Counted from the first letter of the stretch, positions 1 to 11,400 are shown. The stretch is DNA of 64,000 nucleotides from an uncultured delta proteobacterium (GCA_963727485.1 CAVSGM010000002.1:832001-896000), one strand, 5' to 3'. Numbers and translations are program-made. The notes: generated by a model not told the origin, from the letters alone.

Positions 1-1099
1 AGCAGACGCGCGAGGGGGAGGCGCTCCTTGGCGGTCTGCTCGATCCAGTCGGCGAGATCCCGGGCCGCGGAGCTGACGTGGGCCTGCGCGAGGTGCTCGA
101 GGCCGAGCCGCACCATCTCCTTGTTGGCGAAGGGGTCGAAGACCTCTTGCAGCGACGTGCGCTTGCGACGTGACGTGAGCGCGCGTGCGCTCGCACCTTT
201 GCGGTTGTAGTCCGACACGTTCTTCTCGACGAGCGCGACCGCCTCGCGAACATCTTTGTACGCGGTGCGAACGCGGCTCCTGCAACTCGGTCTTGATCTC
301 CTGGACCAGGTCTCGGCCCATCGCCTCGGCCTGCTGGATGTTCCGCATCATCTGGCAGGTATCGCTCGCCTCGAGGGCGGCGCGTTCGTCCCGCAGGTTC
401 TCGGTGACCACCTCGAACCAGTCCAGGCGATCTGCGAGGAGCTCGATCTCCGCCTCTGGGGTGAGATCTGGCTCGTCGACCTCGGCCCCCTTGGCGCGTT
501 CGGCCCAGGCGCGCAGTCGGTCGAGGTCGCCGGCCCGGTAGAGGTCGTTGATCCGACGCATGAGATCGCCGAACTCGAGGCGCTCATCTTCGGTTCGGGC
601 GAGATCCGGGTGGTAGCGGCGGGCGAGCGAGCGGTAGGCGTCCTTGAGCGAGTCGCGGGTCTCTTCTTGGTAGGTACGCGTCGCTTCGAGCGTTGCCTCG
701 ACCTCTTTGGCTTCCTCGTGCCGCGCCTGCTCATCGGCGCCGCCGCTCCGCGCGCCGGGCGGCCGCCGCCTCGACCTCCTTCTCGCGGCGTCCGTCGATG
801 CGTCGGGCCTGGGCGCCGAGGGTCTCGTGCGGCTCGTGGGCCAGGAGGTCGGCCCAGCGCTCGAGGTGACGGGTGAGCCCCTTGATCCGGGAGAGGATGT
901 GGTGCTCGACAGCGAGGCGGGCGTGGTAGCTCTGCTCGAAGTCCACCAGCTCCTCGCGGAGGGTCTCGATCTCCAGGTCGAGAGAGCCGATCTCGTCGCG
1001 GCGGGTCTCGAGGGCGCTTCGCAGCTCTCGCAGTCGCACCCGTTCGGGCACGTCAGCGAGGACGAGGCCGCGGGCCTGGGGTCGGGGAGAACGGGCCAT
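1..1099 (-). CDS. Coiled-coil protein with internal J-domain (DnaJ-like); runs off window edge; two apparent frameshifts (~745, ~275)
   Basis: ORF 731..1126 continues in another frame as ...LKDAYRSLARRYHPDLARTEDERLEFGDLMRRINDLYRAGD (HPD motif near 604-612). Confidence 0.65.
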
Positions 1100-1300
1100 C
1101 GGGTTGCGTCGGGGTCGGGCCAGCACCTTCCCGGGCAGGAGGCCCGGGGGAACGACTCACTCGGTCTGGCCCGCGGCAAGCGGTTGCAGGCCGCCATTCT
1201 AGGAGAGGCTGTAGGCCTTGGGGACCCCCGGGGTAGGTCCGGTAAGGACCGGCCAGTCAACGGGACTTGCCCGTAAGGGTGGTTGTGATTCCTACCCCTT

Positions 1301-1376
1301 GCGGGAAGTGCTCCGTTGGTGGAGCATCAGCTTCCCAAGCTGAGGGTCGCCGGTTCGAATCCGGTTTCCCGCTCCA
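1301..1376 (+). tRNA. tRNA-Gly (anticodon CCC), encoded CCA, non-canonical G8/C14/G21
   Basis: Cloverleaf: acceptor GCGGGAA/TTCCCGC, D-stem GCTC/GAGC, anticodon arm TCAGC-TTCCCAA-GCTGA, T-loop TTCGAAT, discriminator T73, CCA. Confidence 0.95.
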
Positions 1377-1380
1377 AATC

Positions 1381-1420
1381 AAGCCGGCCGGGGTCGCGAT
1401 TCACGCGCCGGCCGGCTTTT
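1381..1420 (+). terminator. Probable intrinsic terminator after tRNA
   Basis: AAGCCGGCCGG...CCGGCCGGCTTTT inverted repeat ending in a T run. Confidence 0.6.
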
Positions 1421-1428
1421 CCAGGCCC

Positions 1429-1869
1429 ATGACTGGAAGAGCGATGAAGAGCGTGCTCGGCAACTTCCTGGGCACCTACACCAGCCGCAACGCGGACCTG
1501 GGGGGCTACTGGGCGCACGGCCAGCTGCCCTCGGAGCTCGTGGTGTGCACCCTCGACCTGCTCCGGCCGCCGCCGGCGCCAGACCCGCAGCTGGACGCGC
1601 CCCGTCGCCTGGCGATGTGCCTCTTCGCCGAGCAGGTGAAGAAGGCGGGCCTTGCGCTCGGCGACGTCCGTGCGGCGACCCTGCGGATCAAGCGGGATCC
1701 CGAGGTGAGGTTGGGTTGGCGGGGGGGCGTCCGCGCCGAGGGGCACATGGTCGGCTTCGTGGCCCGCGCCGCGATGCACAGCGGGCGCACCTACGAGCGC
1801 GAGAAGACCGTCTTCGTGGCGCCGCACGATCCGACGAAGGAGCACCGCCGGGGGGATCCCTGGCCCTAG
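1429..1869 (+). CDS. Hypothetical protein (start 1429 or 1444)
   Basis: GC3-biased ORF with FLGTYTSRNADLGGYWAHG motif; upstream ORF extension overlaps the tRNA and is spurious. Confidence 0.6.
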   Translation: MTGRAMKSVLGNFLGTYTSRNADLGGYWAHGQLPSELVVCTLDLLRPPPAPDPQLDAPRRLAMCLFAEQVKKAGLALGDVRAATLRIKRDPEVRLGWRGGVRAEGHMVGFVARAAMHSGRTYEREKTVFVAPHDPTKEHRRGDPWP

Positions 1870-2005
1870 GTGGGACGACGCGCCCGGCTCGCGTTTGGAA
1901 CCCGGCGAGTACTTGCTCTTCGTTCCCATCACTCCATCCTCTCAAGGGATGGAGCCTCCCGGAAACCCGGGGCGGTTCACTTCGCCAGCAGGAGAACCGT
2001 GCTGG

Positions 2006-2629
2006 TCACATCGTATCGAGCGTGCACTGTCCGAGGCGCTCCAGCCGCCAGTCGGAGCGCTCGTCGGCCAGGGTCTTGCCGGTCGTCGCGTCGGTCCCGA
2101 CGGCCTCGGCGTGGAGGTCCAGAGTATCCGGGTCCGGCAGCGTCCCGGTCGCCGTGAGGGCGGCGGTGATCTTGAGGTTCGGATCGGCGTTCGGATGATC
2201 CGAGAGCCACGCCTGCTTCGCACGATCGTCGAAGGTCTGGCTCATCGTCCAGGTGAACGTTCCGATCCCCTTTGCCACCGTGACCTGCGACGCGGCCACC
2301 GAGAGGTCGGCCTCGATCGCGTCCGGTTTGCCGGTATAGGCCACGGAGGTGCCGGTCTGCTGCCAGTGGAACTGGCAATAGGCCATGGTCTGGACGTGGG
2401 CGAAATGGAACACGAAGGCAGCCACGGTCCAGACACGCCCGCTCGCCCCCTGGCCGACGGCAAGCCAGAGCCCGCGGCCACCGTTGGCGGCCGGCGACGC
2501 CCACCAGAACCCATCGAAGCCAGTCGGCCTCGGGCCACAGCCCGCCGCGAGGAGAAGCACCACGGCGACGCCCAGGCCCAGGCGGCGGGCAGCCGCGCGC
2601 CGGTTCGGTGCTAAGGACCGAAGGGGCAT
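2006..2629 (-). CDS. Lipoprotein of unknown function (paralog 2)
   Basis: Lipobox LLLAAG-C; shares motifs with 2611..3231. Confidence 0.75.
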   Translation of the reverse strand: MPLRSLAPNRRAAARRLGLGVAVVLLLAAGCGPRPTGFDGFWWASPAANGGRGLWLAVGQGASGRVWTVAAFVFHFAHVQTMAYCQFHWQQTGTSVAYTGKPDAIEADLSVAASQVTVAKGIGTFTWTMSQTFDDRAKQAWLSDHPNADPNLKITAALTATGTLPDPDTLDLHAEAVGTDATTGKTLADERSDWRLERLGQCTLDTM

Positions 2630-3231
2630 GACTGCACCCGGCCCAGCTTTAGGCCCGTCCAGTGGTCGGTGGCGACGACCTTGCCGGTGGTCGCGTCGGT
2701 GTAGGTGTTGGTCCCCTCGAGGGCGAGGATCTTCGCGGAGAGCTGACCCTTGAGCGTTGCCGTCACCTTGAGAGACAGGTTCGGGTCGGCGGAGGGGTGG
2801 GTGCTCTGGTAGCCCTGGGTCGCGTACTGATTGAAGGTGTCTCCCATGGTCCATGAGAGCGTCACCGCGCCATTCTGGAGATCCGCGGTGTCGGCGGCGA
2901 GCGCGCCGGCGCCGTGAAGGCTCGTGACGGTCCCGGAGTAGATCAGGCGGCCGCCGCTCATCTTCCAGCTGCTGGTGCAGCTGGTCGACGTCTCGAGCCC
3001 GCCTGCCTTGAACAGATAGTTGCTCATGTCGAAGATCCGGTGGTCCCCGGTCCAACCCACGGCCACCATCATGGAGTGCGTGGGATCCATGCCCGGCCCC
3101 TCCCAATAGCCGGCGAGCTGCGGCGCCGACGGCCCGCAGCCGGCGGCCGTCAGAGTCGAGACCAGCAGCAGGGTGGCGCAGAGCACTGGAGGTGCGACCG
3201 CTCCGGGCTGCCCTCCTGGCAGGTACCTCAT
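2611..3231 (-). CDS. Lipoprotein of unknown function (paralog 1)
   Basis: Lipobox TLTAAG-C; ATG overlaps upstream stop (ATGA, 3228-3231). Confidence 0.75.
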   Translation of the reverse strand: MRYLPGGQPGAVAPPVLCATLLLVSTLTAAGCGPSAPQLAGYWEGPGMDPTHSMMVAVGWTGDHRIFDMSNYLFKAGGLETSTSCTSSWKMSGGRLIYSGTVTSLHGAGALAADTADLQNGAVTLSWTMGDTFNQYATQGYQSTHPSADPNLSLKVTATLKGQLSAKILALEGTNTYTDATTGKVVATDHWTGLKLGRVQSCPFGP

Positions 3232-5487
3232 GGCACGGTCACTCGCGTCAACTCACAATGACGGTGGAACTGCATATCGAGGTGGCAGACCTCGCCGGCA
3301 CCGTAGCCAACGCCGAGGCTCTGCTCGGGAAACCGGAGAGTTCCAGGTCGTGGTAGGTCGGTCGTGATCTGACCGGGTGGAAATTCGGATTGAAGCAGAT
3401 TGACGCTACCAGACGCCGCACGAAACTGCGCGAAGAAGAACCGGTCAATCACCATTGGGTCCTCCACCAAGGCATAGACGTCATCGTTGTCTGGCCGAAC
3501 CACAAGCCGTCCGTCATTATACCCTTCAGGCACCGCCAGTGTCGCAATGTTGGCAAGCGTCTGGGCATCAAGGAAAAGGATGGTCCTCGAGCCTGGGTCA
3601 AATACGGCGAGAACGCTGCCATCCCGAGACGCCACGAGATCCTGGCACTCGTCACACGCTGCAACGTTACCGAGCCTCCAGGCCTTGTCCCAGGGATAGT
3701 ACGTAAGGAGTGCAACGGCCACATCTTTGCTGGCCGGCCGGCGCGCCAGAACCGCTGCCCGCATTGACCCTCCACCGGGTCCGAGTGGAGCCACGATGGA
3801 CGTCACCCCCGTGAGACCCGACAGCGGCGCATCGACCAGGACCGCTCCTCTACTTCCGCCAGAAGAGGAGTCCACAACGGCCAAGCTGGACTCGTTAGCC
3901 CCCAGAACGTAAAGGCGCTTCCCTTGGAGGCCGAAGGATGGACGAACGCTGGAACTTACCTTGTCCAGAATGAGACTTCCAGACCCCAGCGACAGGGGCA
4001 CATCCCTCAACTGTCCTCCCTCAACCAGCCAGAGTTCTTGAACCGCCTTGTCGAGCAGCACAAAATTCCCCGGCGCGGGAAGGGCCTCTAGAGCGCTCCC
4101 GAGCCGAATGCGAAATGGAGTAGACCTCTAGCCGGGATGGGAGGTCTCTCAGGACAACGGCGCTAGAGCCACCCTGAGCCACATCAATGTCTTGTATCGG
4201 TCCAACTTCGTTGCTCCACGAAAGTCCGGAGACGGTGACTCGACCCGAGCCCGGGGGTAGTGCGATGGTCGCCAGGGCTGAAAATGCATCAAGGACTCCC
4301 GACCCCTCGGCGATTCGTGACCTCGTCACAGGCTTCGCAGTCGAGACTAATGCCTCGTGTATCTGCGATGGCTTAAGGTCCGGGTACCCGTTCTCTGCCG
4401 CCCACCCCCGTAGCAGGGCGGCTGCTCCCGCAACTTCGGGGGCAGCGAAGGATGTCCCGTTGCCGCGGGTCGCTCCGGTCGGCAAGGTCACGGAGACGCA
4501 GACCCCGGCCGCAGCCAGGTCCACTTGATCGTTATTTGTGCTGAAGCCCGAAACGGTACCATTTTGGTTCACGGCAGCAACAGTAAGCTTCGTCCCATGA
4601 TGGAAGAACAGACTCGTTGGCCATGTGATCTGGTCTTGAGTATTGTTGTCTCCATCCCCGCAGTTTCCAGCCGACTGGACAAAGAGCGCACGGCCGAAGA
4701 CGAGCATGTTTTCGATGGAGGTTGCGGCCACGAGGATGCCCGCGTCAATGAGCGGAAGCACGACAAGGGTATCCAGTAGGATGGGGCTTGGGTTCCACCC
4801 GCCCGACCAGTTCACGATCCGGCGGCGCGGACCAGCGGTGAGCGCGACGTAGGCAACTGCTTTGGCTACGGCGTAGAAGGTACTAGAGGGAGCGGCGCAT
4901 TGATCACAGAACACCTTAATTGGCTTGATTAGGACCTTCGGCGCCACACCGAGACGACTGTATCCATTTGATCCGCCCGCGATGACGCTCGCGACCATGG
5001 TGCCGTGATGCTCGGGTGACGGGTCCACGGGCTTCAGTTCGTCTTTGAGGCTGTAAGCGTCATACATAGGTAGTATGCGGCTCCCACCGCTCGCCTTCGC
5101 AAAGTCCGGGCTTGACCCATCCACACCAGTGTCGAGCACGTACACAGTCTCGGGTTGACTCGAACCGCTCGAGCTCCTTACGCTCCCTTCGTTCAGCTGC
5201 TGTGCATAATTGAGCTTTGTCTTCGAACGTACGTCTTCGAGGTTGAGATCGTATTGATCCGTGGCGTCGTCAACTTCAGTCCGCGCCGTGTTGATGGGGC
5301 AGTCTGTTTTCCCTACCGGTGCTGTCGGAGGGTGGTTTGCGGCCGACTGCTGCGACATTCCCGGGCAAGAATTACTGCCGCTCGGGTAGGTTAGCCACTC
5401 AGGCTCCAAGGGATCATTCGGATCTGCTGATTGTCTTACCGCATCGATGAGCCGCCGTTCGGGAGGCAGAGACAGCTCCGCCCACAC
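3228..5487 (-). pseudogene. Subtilase (peptidase S8) with C-terminal beta-propeller-like region; 5' end cut by IS256; frameshift ~4060-4130
   Basis: Catalytic motifs VYVLDTGVD, HHGTMVASVIAG, SAGN, GTSFAAPEVAGAAAL; ORF begins exactly at IS256 left end with no signal peptide. Confidence 0.8.
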
Positions 5488-6868
5488 GGGTGTGTCCGTT
5501 TAACTGTGTATGGGTAGGTCATCCTATGCAAGGAGACCCCCATGAAGAACGACTCGAAGAACAGCACTGGACCTGACCGGAAGCCGCGACGTGAGCGCAA
5601 GAAGCTCCCGGACGGCCGCAACATCCCCAAGGGACTCATCGACCAGCTGGTGGCCGAGGCCGGTGGCGAGGAGGCGCTGAGGGACCCCAGGGCGCTCCTG
5701 CGTGACCTGACGGCGGCCCTGGTGACCCGGGCCCTGGAGACCGAGCTCGATCATCACCTCGGCTACGGGAGCGGCGAGAGCCCGCCCGAGGAGCAGGCCA
5801 ATCGCCGAAACGGCAGAGGCTCGAAGACGCTGCGCACCGACCAGGGCGAGATCACCGTCGAGGTCCCCCGGGACCGCGAGGGCAGCTTCGAGCCGCAGCT
5901 CGTCCCCAAGCGGCAGCGCCACTTCGAGGGCTTCGATGACAAGATCCTGGCGATGTACGCTCGGGGCATGACGGTGCGCGACATCGCGGAGCACCTCCAC
6001 GAGCTCTACGCCGTCGACGTGAGTCCGGACCTCATCTCGAAGGTCACCGACGGGGTGATCGACGAGCTGCGAAGCTGGCAGCAGCGGCCGCTGGAATCGG
6101 TCTACTGCATCGTCTACCTCGACGCCCTGATGGTGAAGATCCGCTCGAAGGGCAGCGTGCAGAACCGCGCGATCTACGTGGCCGTGGGCGTCCCGCCCGA
6201 GGGCACCCGCGAGGTGCTCGGCCTGTGGATCCAGGACACCGAGGGTGCGAAGTTCTGGTGCTCGATCCTCGAGGAGCTTCGGCAGCGCGGGGTGCAGGAC
6301 ATCCTGGTGCTGTGCTCGGATGGGCTCACGGGCATGGGCGAGGCGGTGGAGGCGATCTTCCCGCAGGCGGTCTTCCAGACCTGCATCGTCCACGTGGTGC
6401 GCTCCTCGACCCGCTACGTGTCCTGGAGGGACCGAAAGGCGGTCTGTGCGGACCTGCGGGCCATCTACACCGCGGTGGACCTGGAGGCCGCCGAGGAGGC
6501 CCTGACGGCCTTCGAGGAGAAGTGGGACGAGCAGTACCCCACGGTGGCGAGGAGCTGGAGGAGCCGGTGGGCGGACATCACGCCGTTTCTGGCCTACCCG
6601 GCGGAGATCCGGAAGGCGATCTACACGACCAACGCGATCGAGGCCCTCAACCGAAACCTGCGAAAGGCCCTGAAGAACCGGGGCCACATGCCGAGCGACG
6701 AGGCCGCGATGAAGCTCCTGTACCTGGCCCTGCGTCATGAAAGGAGGGGCACGGTGAGGCGGCACCGGCAGTGGAACAAGGCCCTCAACCAGTTTGCGAT
6801 ATACTTCGAAGGTCGACTGCCCGAATGATCAACCCCAACCTCTCGTACACAGTTTTTCTGACACACCC
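5488..6868 (+). mobile_element. IS256-family insertion sequence
   Basis: Terminal inverted repeats GGGTGTGTCCGTTTAACTGTGTA (5488-5510) and TACACAGTTTTTCTGACACACCC (6846-6868), 19/23 match. Confidence 0.92.
5542..6828 (+). CDS. IS256-family (Mutator-like) transposase
   Basis: NRRNG, VPRDREGSFEP, YLDAL, SDGLTG, QTCIVH, IYTTNAIE motifs. Confidence 0.95.
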   Translation: MKNDSKNSTGPDRKPRRERKKLPDGRNIPKGLIDQLVAEAGGEEALRDPRALLRDLTAALVTRALETELDHHLGYGSGESPPEEQANRRNGRGSKTLRTDQGEITVEVPRDREGSFEPQLVPKRQRHFEGFDDKILAMYARGMTVRDIAEHLHELYAVDVSPDLISKVTDGVIDELRSWQQRPLESVYCIVYLDALMVKIRSKGSVQNRAIYVAVGVPPEGTREVLGLWIQDTEGAKFWCSILEELRQRGVQDILVLCSDGLTGMGEAVEAIFPQAVFQTCIVHVVRSSTRYVSWRDRKAVCADLRAIYTAVDLEAAEEALTAFEEKWDEQYPTVARSWRSRWADITPFLAYPAEIRKAIYTTNAIEALNRNLRKALKNRGHMPSDEAAMKLLYLALRHERRGTVRRHRQWNKALNQFAIYFEGRLPE

Positions 6869-7865
6869 GCTGGGCGTGCCGCGCGCGACCTACTACCGTC
6901 GACGGAGCCCTCGACCGCCGGCCCCGCCCCGACCGGCACCACCCCGAGCACTGTCCACCGCCGAGTGTGAACGGGTGCTCGCGACCCTGCACGACGAACG
7001 CTACGTGGACCTCGCTCCCGCCGCGATCTTCGCCAAGCTTCTGGACGACGAGGGCAAGTACCTGTGCTCGACCCGCACCATGTACCGGGTGCTCGCCGGC
7101 GCCGCCGAGGTGCGCGAGCGACGCAACCAGCGCGTGCATCCCGAGTACAAGAAGCCCGAGCTCCTCGCCACCGCGCCCAACCAGGTCTGGTCGTGGGACA
7201 TCACCAAGCTCCTGGGTCCGCAGAAGTGGACCTACTTCTACCTCTACGTGGTCCTCGACATCTTCAGCCGCTACGTCGTCGGCTGGATGCTCGCCGAGCG
7301 CGAGAACGCCGCCCACGCGCAGCGGCTGATCACCGAGACCTGCGCGAAGTACGGGATCGAGCCGGGCACGCTCACGCTGCACCAGGACCGCGGCTCGCCG
7401 ATGCGCGCCAAGACCGTCGCCCAGACCCTGGCCGACCTCGGCGTCACCAAGACGCACTCGCGCCCGCACGTCTCCGACGACAACCCGTTCTCCGAGGCGC
7501 AGTTCAAGACCCTCAAGTACCGGCCGGCCTTCCCCGGCCGCTTCGGCGGGATGCCCGACGCGCACGCTTACTGCCAGGACTTCTTCCCCTGGTACAACGA
7601 CGAGCATCACCACGAGGCGCTCGGGCTGCTCACGCCGGCCGACGTCCACTTCGGCCGCGCACCTGCCGTGCTCGCCGCCAGGCAGCAGGTCCTCGACGCC
7701 GCCTACGCCGAACACCCCGATCGCTTCGTCAAGCGGCCCCCGGAGGCGGGCGCGCCCCCCACCGAGGTCTGGATCAACAAGCCCTCCTCGCCCTCGACGC
7801 CGAGCGAGGAGGAGAGTCACTAAATGCGTCAGCTCGGTGTCTCATTGTCGTTGACAGGATCCGCA
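6869..7865 (+). mobile_element. IS3-family element remnant (orfB integrase core; orfA and left end missing)
   Basis: PNQVWSWDIT, LDIFSRYVVGW, HQDRGS, DNPFSEAQFKTLK (DDE); stop at 7823; probable right end ...TTGACAGGATCCGCA at 7865. Confidence 0.85.
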
Positions 7866-7988
7866 GCCTTTGCCCGAGACGCGGGCGTGCTCCGAGTCAT
7901 CCTCCACCCTCCTCGAGGGCACAGGAGCCACGCTGACACCAGCGACCACGATGCCTCATTGATCGGATGGCTACCCAGTGCCGGCGCC

Positions 7989-8459
7989 CTACTTCTGGTA
8001 GGGGGACTCACCCTGCCGGAAGGTCGACACACCAAGCCTTCGCGCGAGACTGCTCACCATGGCCTCGTGAACCCCCCAGCCTGTCAGAAGTAGCTCCACA
8101 GTGCCTGCCTCGTTCGGTTCCTCTTCGGGACTCAGGTCGAAAGCGCAGCCACCCATCGCGACCAGATCCGCGACCCCCACTACTTCCTCCGAGCGCAAGG
8201 CGTCGTCCACTATTCCATCGAACCCATGAAGGTCAAACAGACACGCTCTTGTGCGCTCCATTCGCCCTCCCCCAACCCGGAAGTATCCGACCATGACCTC
8301 GCGCCCCCATTCACGAAGGGCAGCGATCAACAGATCCTTGGCCCGCTTGGCGTCCAGCCCCAGGATTTCGCAGCTAAGGTGCGGGCGCGAAGATGCCGCA
8401 GCAGCGGATGTGCATCTATGAACGGCTTCTCCGACTGTGTCGTCTAGCCATAGCCTCAC
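7989..8459 (-). CDS. Putative immunity protein for the Rhs toxin
   Basis: 156-aa ORF starting 36 bp after the Rhs stop, GTG with GGGGAG RBS, lower GC; function inferred from position only. Confidence 0.55.
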   Translation of the reverse strand: MRLWLDDTVGEAVHRCTSAAAASSRPHLSCEILGLDAKRAKDLLIAALREWGREVMVGYFRVGGGRMERTRACLFDLHGFDGIVDDALRSEEVVGVADLVAMGGCAFDLSPEEEPNEAGTVELLLTGWGVHEAMVSSLARRLGVSTFRQGESPYQK

Positions 8460-8495
8460 GATGAACTCCCCTCTAGTCCGTTCTCTCTCGGCCGT

Positions 8496-11400
8496 CTAGC
8501 GATCGTAGCTAGTAGTCGTTCGACCCTGGTTTTGATCCTTGACCTGACCGTGCGCGTTGAGTCTCGGCTGCCCATCATCATCAACTTTTGGAGTCCCGTC
8601 GTGCCAGTGCGGATCCGAGTGTGTCTGATCGGGCGCGTGCTGTGTTTGCACACGTGGCTTGCCGTCTGATCCGTCCACGATGGTCTGGCGTTGACCGTCC
8701 GCTCCGGATTGCGACGTGGCAGACCGGCTTGTGGGAGTATTGTTCTTTCTCATGGAGTTTCGCCTTGCTGCCCGAGATGAAGGGGCGTGGTCTCCGGTCC
8801 CATGCGCATTTCCACCGTCAGTCCCCGCCACCGACTTCTGGTAGTTGATATAGGCCGAGACCACCGACAGTGCACCCTGGGCAACAACAGCGGTGCTCGG
8901 CACTGCAATCACCAAAGCCGGAACCGCCGACGCCCCCCCCGTTGGCACCGCGCCACCACCCCCAATGGCGACGGCCACGCCATCCCCGCCGGCCCCGGCA
9001 GCCATCTCCGTTAGCCCCGTGGCGCCCAGACCAATGGCCTTGCCCCGCGCATATGCCTTGTTCGGGTTGTGTTCCACCGCGGCCGCGATCGGCCCGACCA
9101 CGGGCGTTAGGGCGGCCAGGGTGCCAACGGCAATTCCGATGCTCTCCGAAACCCAATCTGGGAGGTACCCACTCGGATCCTTGTAGAAGATCGGGTTGAA
9201 GTCCGCGTAGGCATACGGATTCAGCTCCTTGGGCGACCGGCCCTGGGGCCCGAGCGGATCCGGCTGGAGCATCAGGCCCAGCGACGTGGAGTCCTCCCGC
9301 GGCCCGAGGTGCAAGAGCCCCAGGTTGTGGTCCTCCTCCGACCCGGCGTACCCGTACCTCGGCGTGAACGTCAGCGTCGACCCGGTCGGCGCCGGGTACA
9401 GCGACCCGTAGGGCGCATAGGTCCGCCGCTCCAGCGGGATCCCGGCGCTGCTGCTGTACACCGAGACGCTCCCCTCGACGTCCGGGTGCAGGTACACCAG
9501 CTCGCCGTCGTGCACCTTGACAATCCGCTGGCCGCCCCAGAGCACGTAGCGGTCCGTGTGGAACGCGCTCCCGACGTAGCTCGTCTCCAACTCGGGGCCG
9601 TAGTAGTCGACCCACTGCGAGCCGTAGCCGACGGTGCCGGTCTTCCGGATCCGGCCGCCCTGGGGGCCGTAGTGGAAGGTGAAGCCCGTGCCGGCTGACG
9701 GCCCGGTCGCCGTGGCGACCCGGTTCTCCACGTCGTAGGTGTAGGTCGCCCCGGTGCTGCCGTCGGTGGTGACGTTCCCGTCGGCGTCGTAGGTGAACAG
9801 TCCGCTGGTGCCGATCCGGGTGAGCTGGTGCGGCGCCGGGTTGCCGTAGCTGTAGGTGCCGGTGCCGAAGCTGTTCACATAGTCGCTGGAGCTCGCCATG
9901 CGGTTCTGGTCGTCGAAGGACCAGGTCCAGGTCTTGGTGACCGTGCTCCCCTGCTTGTGGGTCGCGCCGATGAGGCGGTCGTCCCAGTCGTAGGTGTAGC
10001 TCCGCGTCCAGCCGGCCATGGCCGCGGTGACCGTGGAGGGGTTGCCGTCGTCGTCGTACTGGTACGAGAGGTCCATGGTCGTGCCGTTGGGCGTCGGCGC
10101 GTCCAGCTTGAGCTCGCTCACCTTCTCTCTGGGCCCGATGGACCTGGTCGTGACCTCCCCATTACCCCAGTCGATGTCGCGGGCACGTCCCATGGCGTCG
10201 TAGGTGACGCCGGGTGCGCTGGCGCTCCCGACCACGTACTGACTGTCGTACTGGATGTCGGTGACCAGGCCGGCCTTGTCGCGGCCGTAGGTGACCGTGT
10301 CGCCGGCTGGGTAGTAGAGCTGGGTCTCGCGACCCATGAGGTCGTAGGCTGGCCCGAACCACCAGGTCGAGGAGCCCCGGACCTCGCCTCGGTCAATCAG
10401 ACGACCCCAGGTGTCGTAGTAGAAGTCCCTTTCGGCGCTCCCGTCCGAGAGCGCGGCCGTGGCGATCTTGCCGAGCCCCCAGCCCCCGGTGTCGTAGGTG
10501 TTGCTGATCGACGGCGCCCCGCAGCCGTTGCAGGCGTAGGACTTGGTGAGGACCCGCCCGAGCTCGTCCCGGGTGTAGCTGGTGACGTAGCCACGGGCGT
10601 CCGTCTTGGTCGCGACCTTGCCCCCGAGATCGTACGTGTAGGACCGCGCGCCGCGGTCCGGGTCCGAGAGCTGCCGCAGCTCGCCCAGGTTGTCGTAGTC
10701 GTAGGTCCAGGCGTTGCCCGCGGGATCGTGGATGAAGCGCAGGCGGTTGGCGCCGTCGTAGCCGTAGGTCGTCGTCTCCGTCGGGCCCGAGCTGTAGTGC
10801 TCCACGCGCTGGACGACGTTGCCGCGGCCGTCGCGTACTGTCTCGGTCTCGAAGCCACGCGGGTTGGTGGTCACCTCGGTGACACCGCTGTACTGGTGAC
10901 TGGTGCCGTAGTACCCGGCGCCGCCTTCCACGAGCACGGTCCACGTGGACCGGCCGCGCCAGTCGCGGTCGTCGACCTTCAGTGGCAGCGCGGCGCCGCC
11001 ATCCCACATGTTGTGCAGACCCGGCACATAGGCGTCGCTGCTCGTCGTCGCCGGCAGGGTCGTCACGACGGGCTGCTTCGCACGGCTGTAGGCCGACTCG
11101 GTGACGACCCAGTCCGTCGCGGTTCGCTGCTTCACATGCTCGACGGGCCGCCCGAACCCATCGAAGTAGGTCCTGGCCTCGACCGTGTCACCGGAGCCGG
11201 TGCCGAAGTGGTCAATCTCCTCTATGTAGTTCCCGCTCAGGTTTGACCACGTGCCCGAGGTCCCGTAGCTCATCTCGACCAGCAGCTCGGGCGTGCCGTT
11301 GGTATCGAACGGAGGCGTGCTCTCGACCGTCTTCAGCCGAGACAGCCCATCGTAGAAGGGGAGCACAACGCGACCGCTCGGCGAGGCAACCTCCAGAGGA

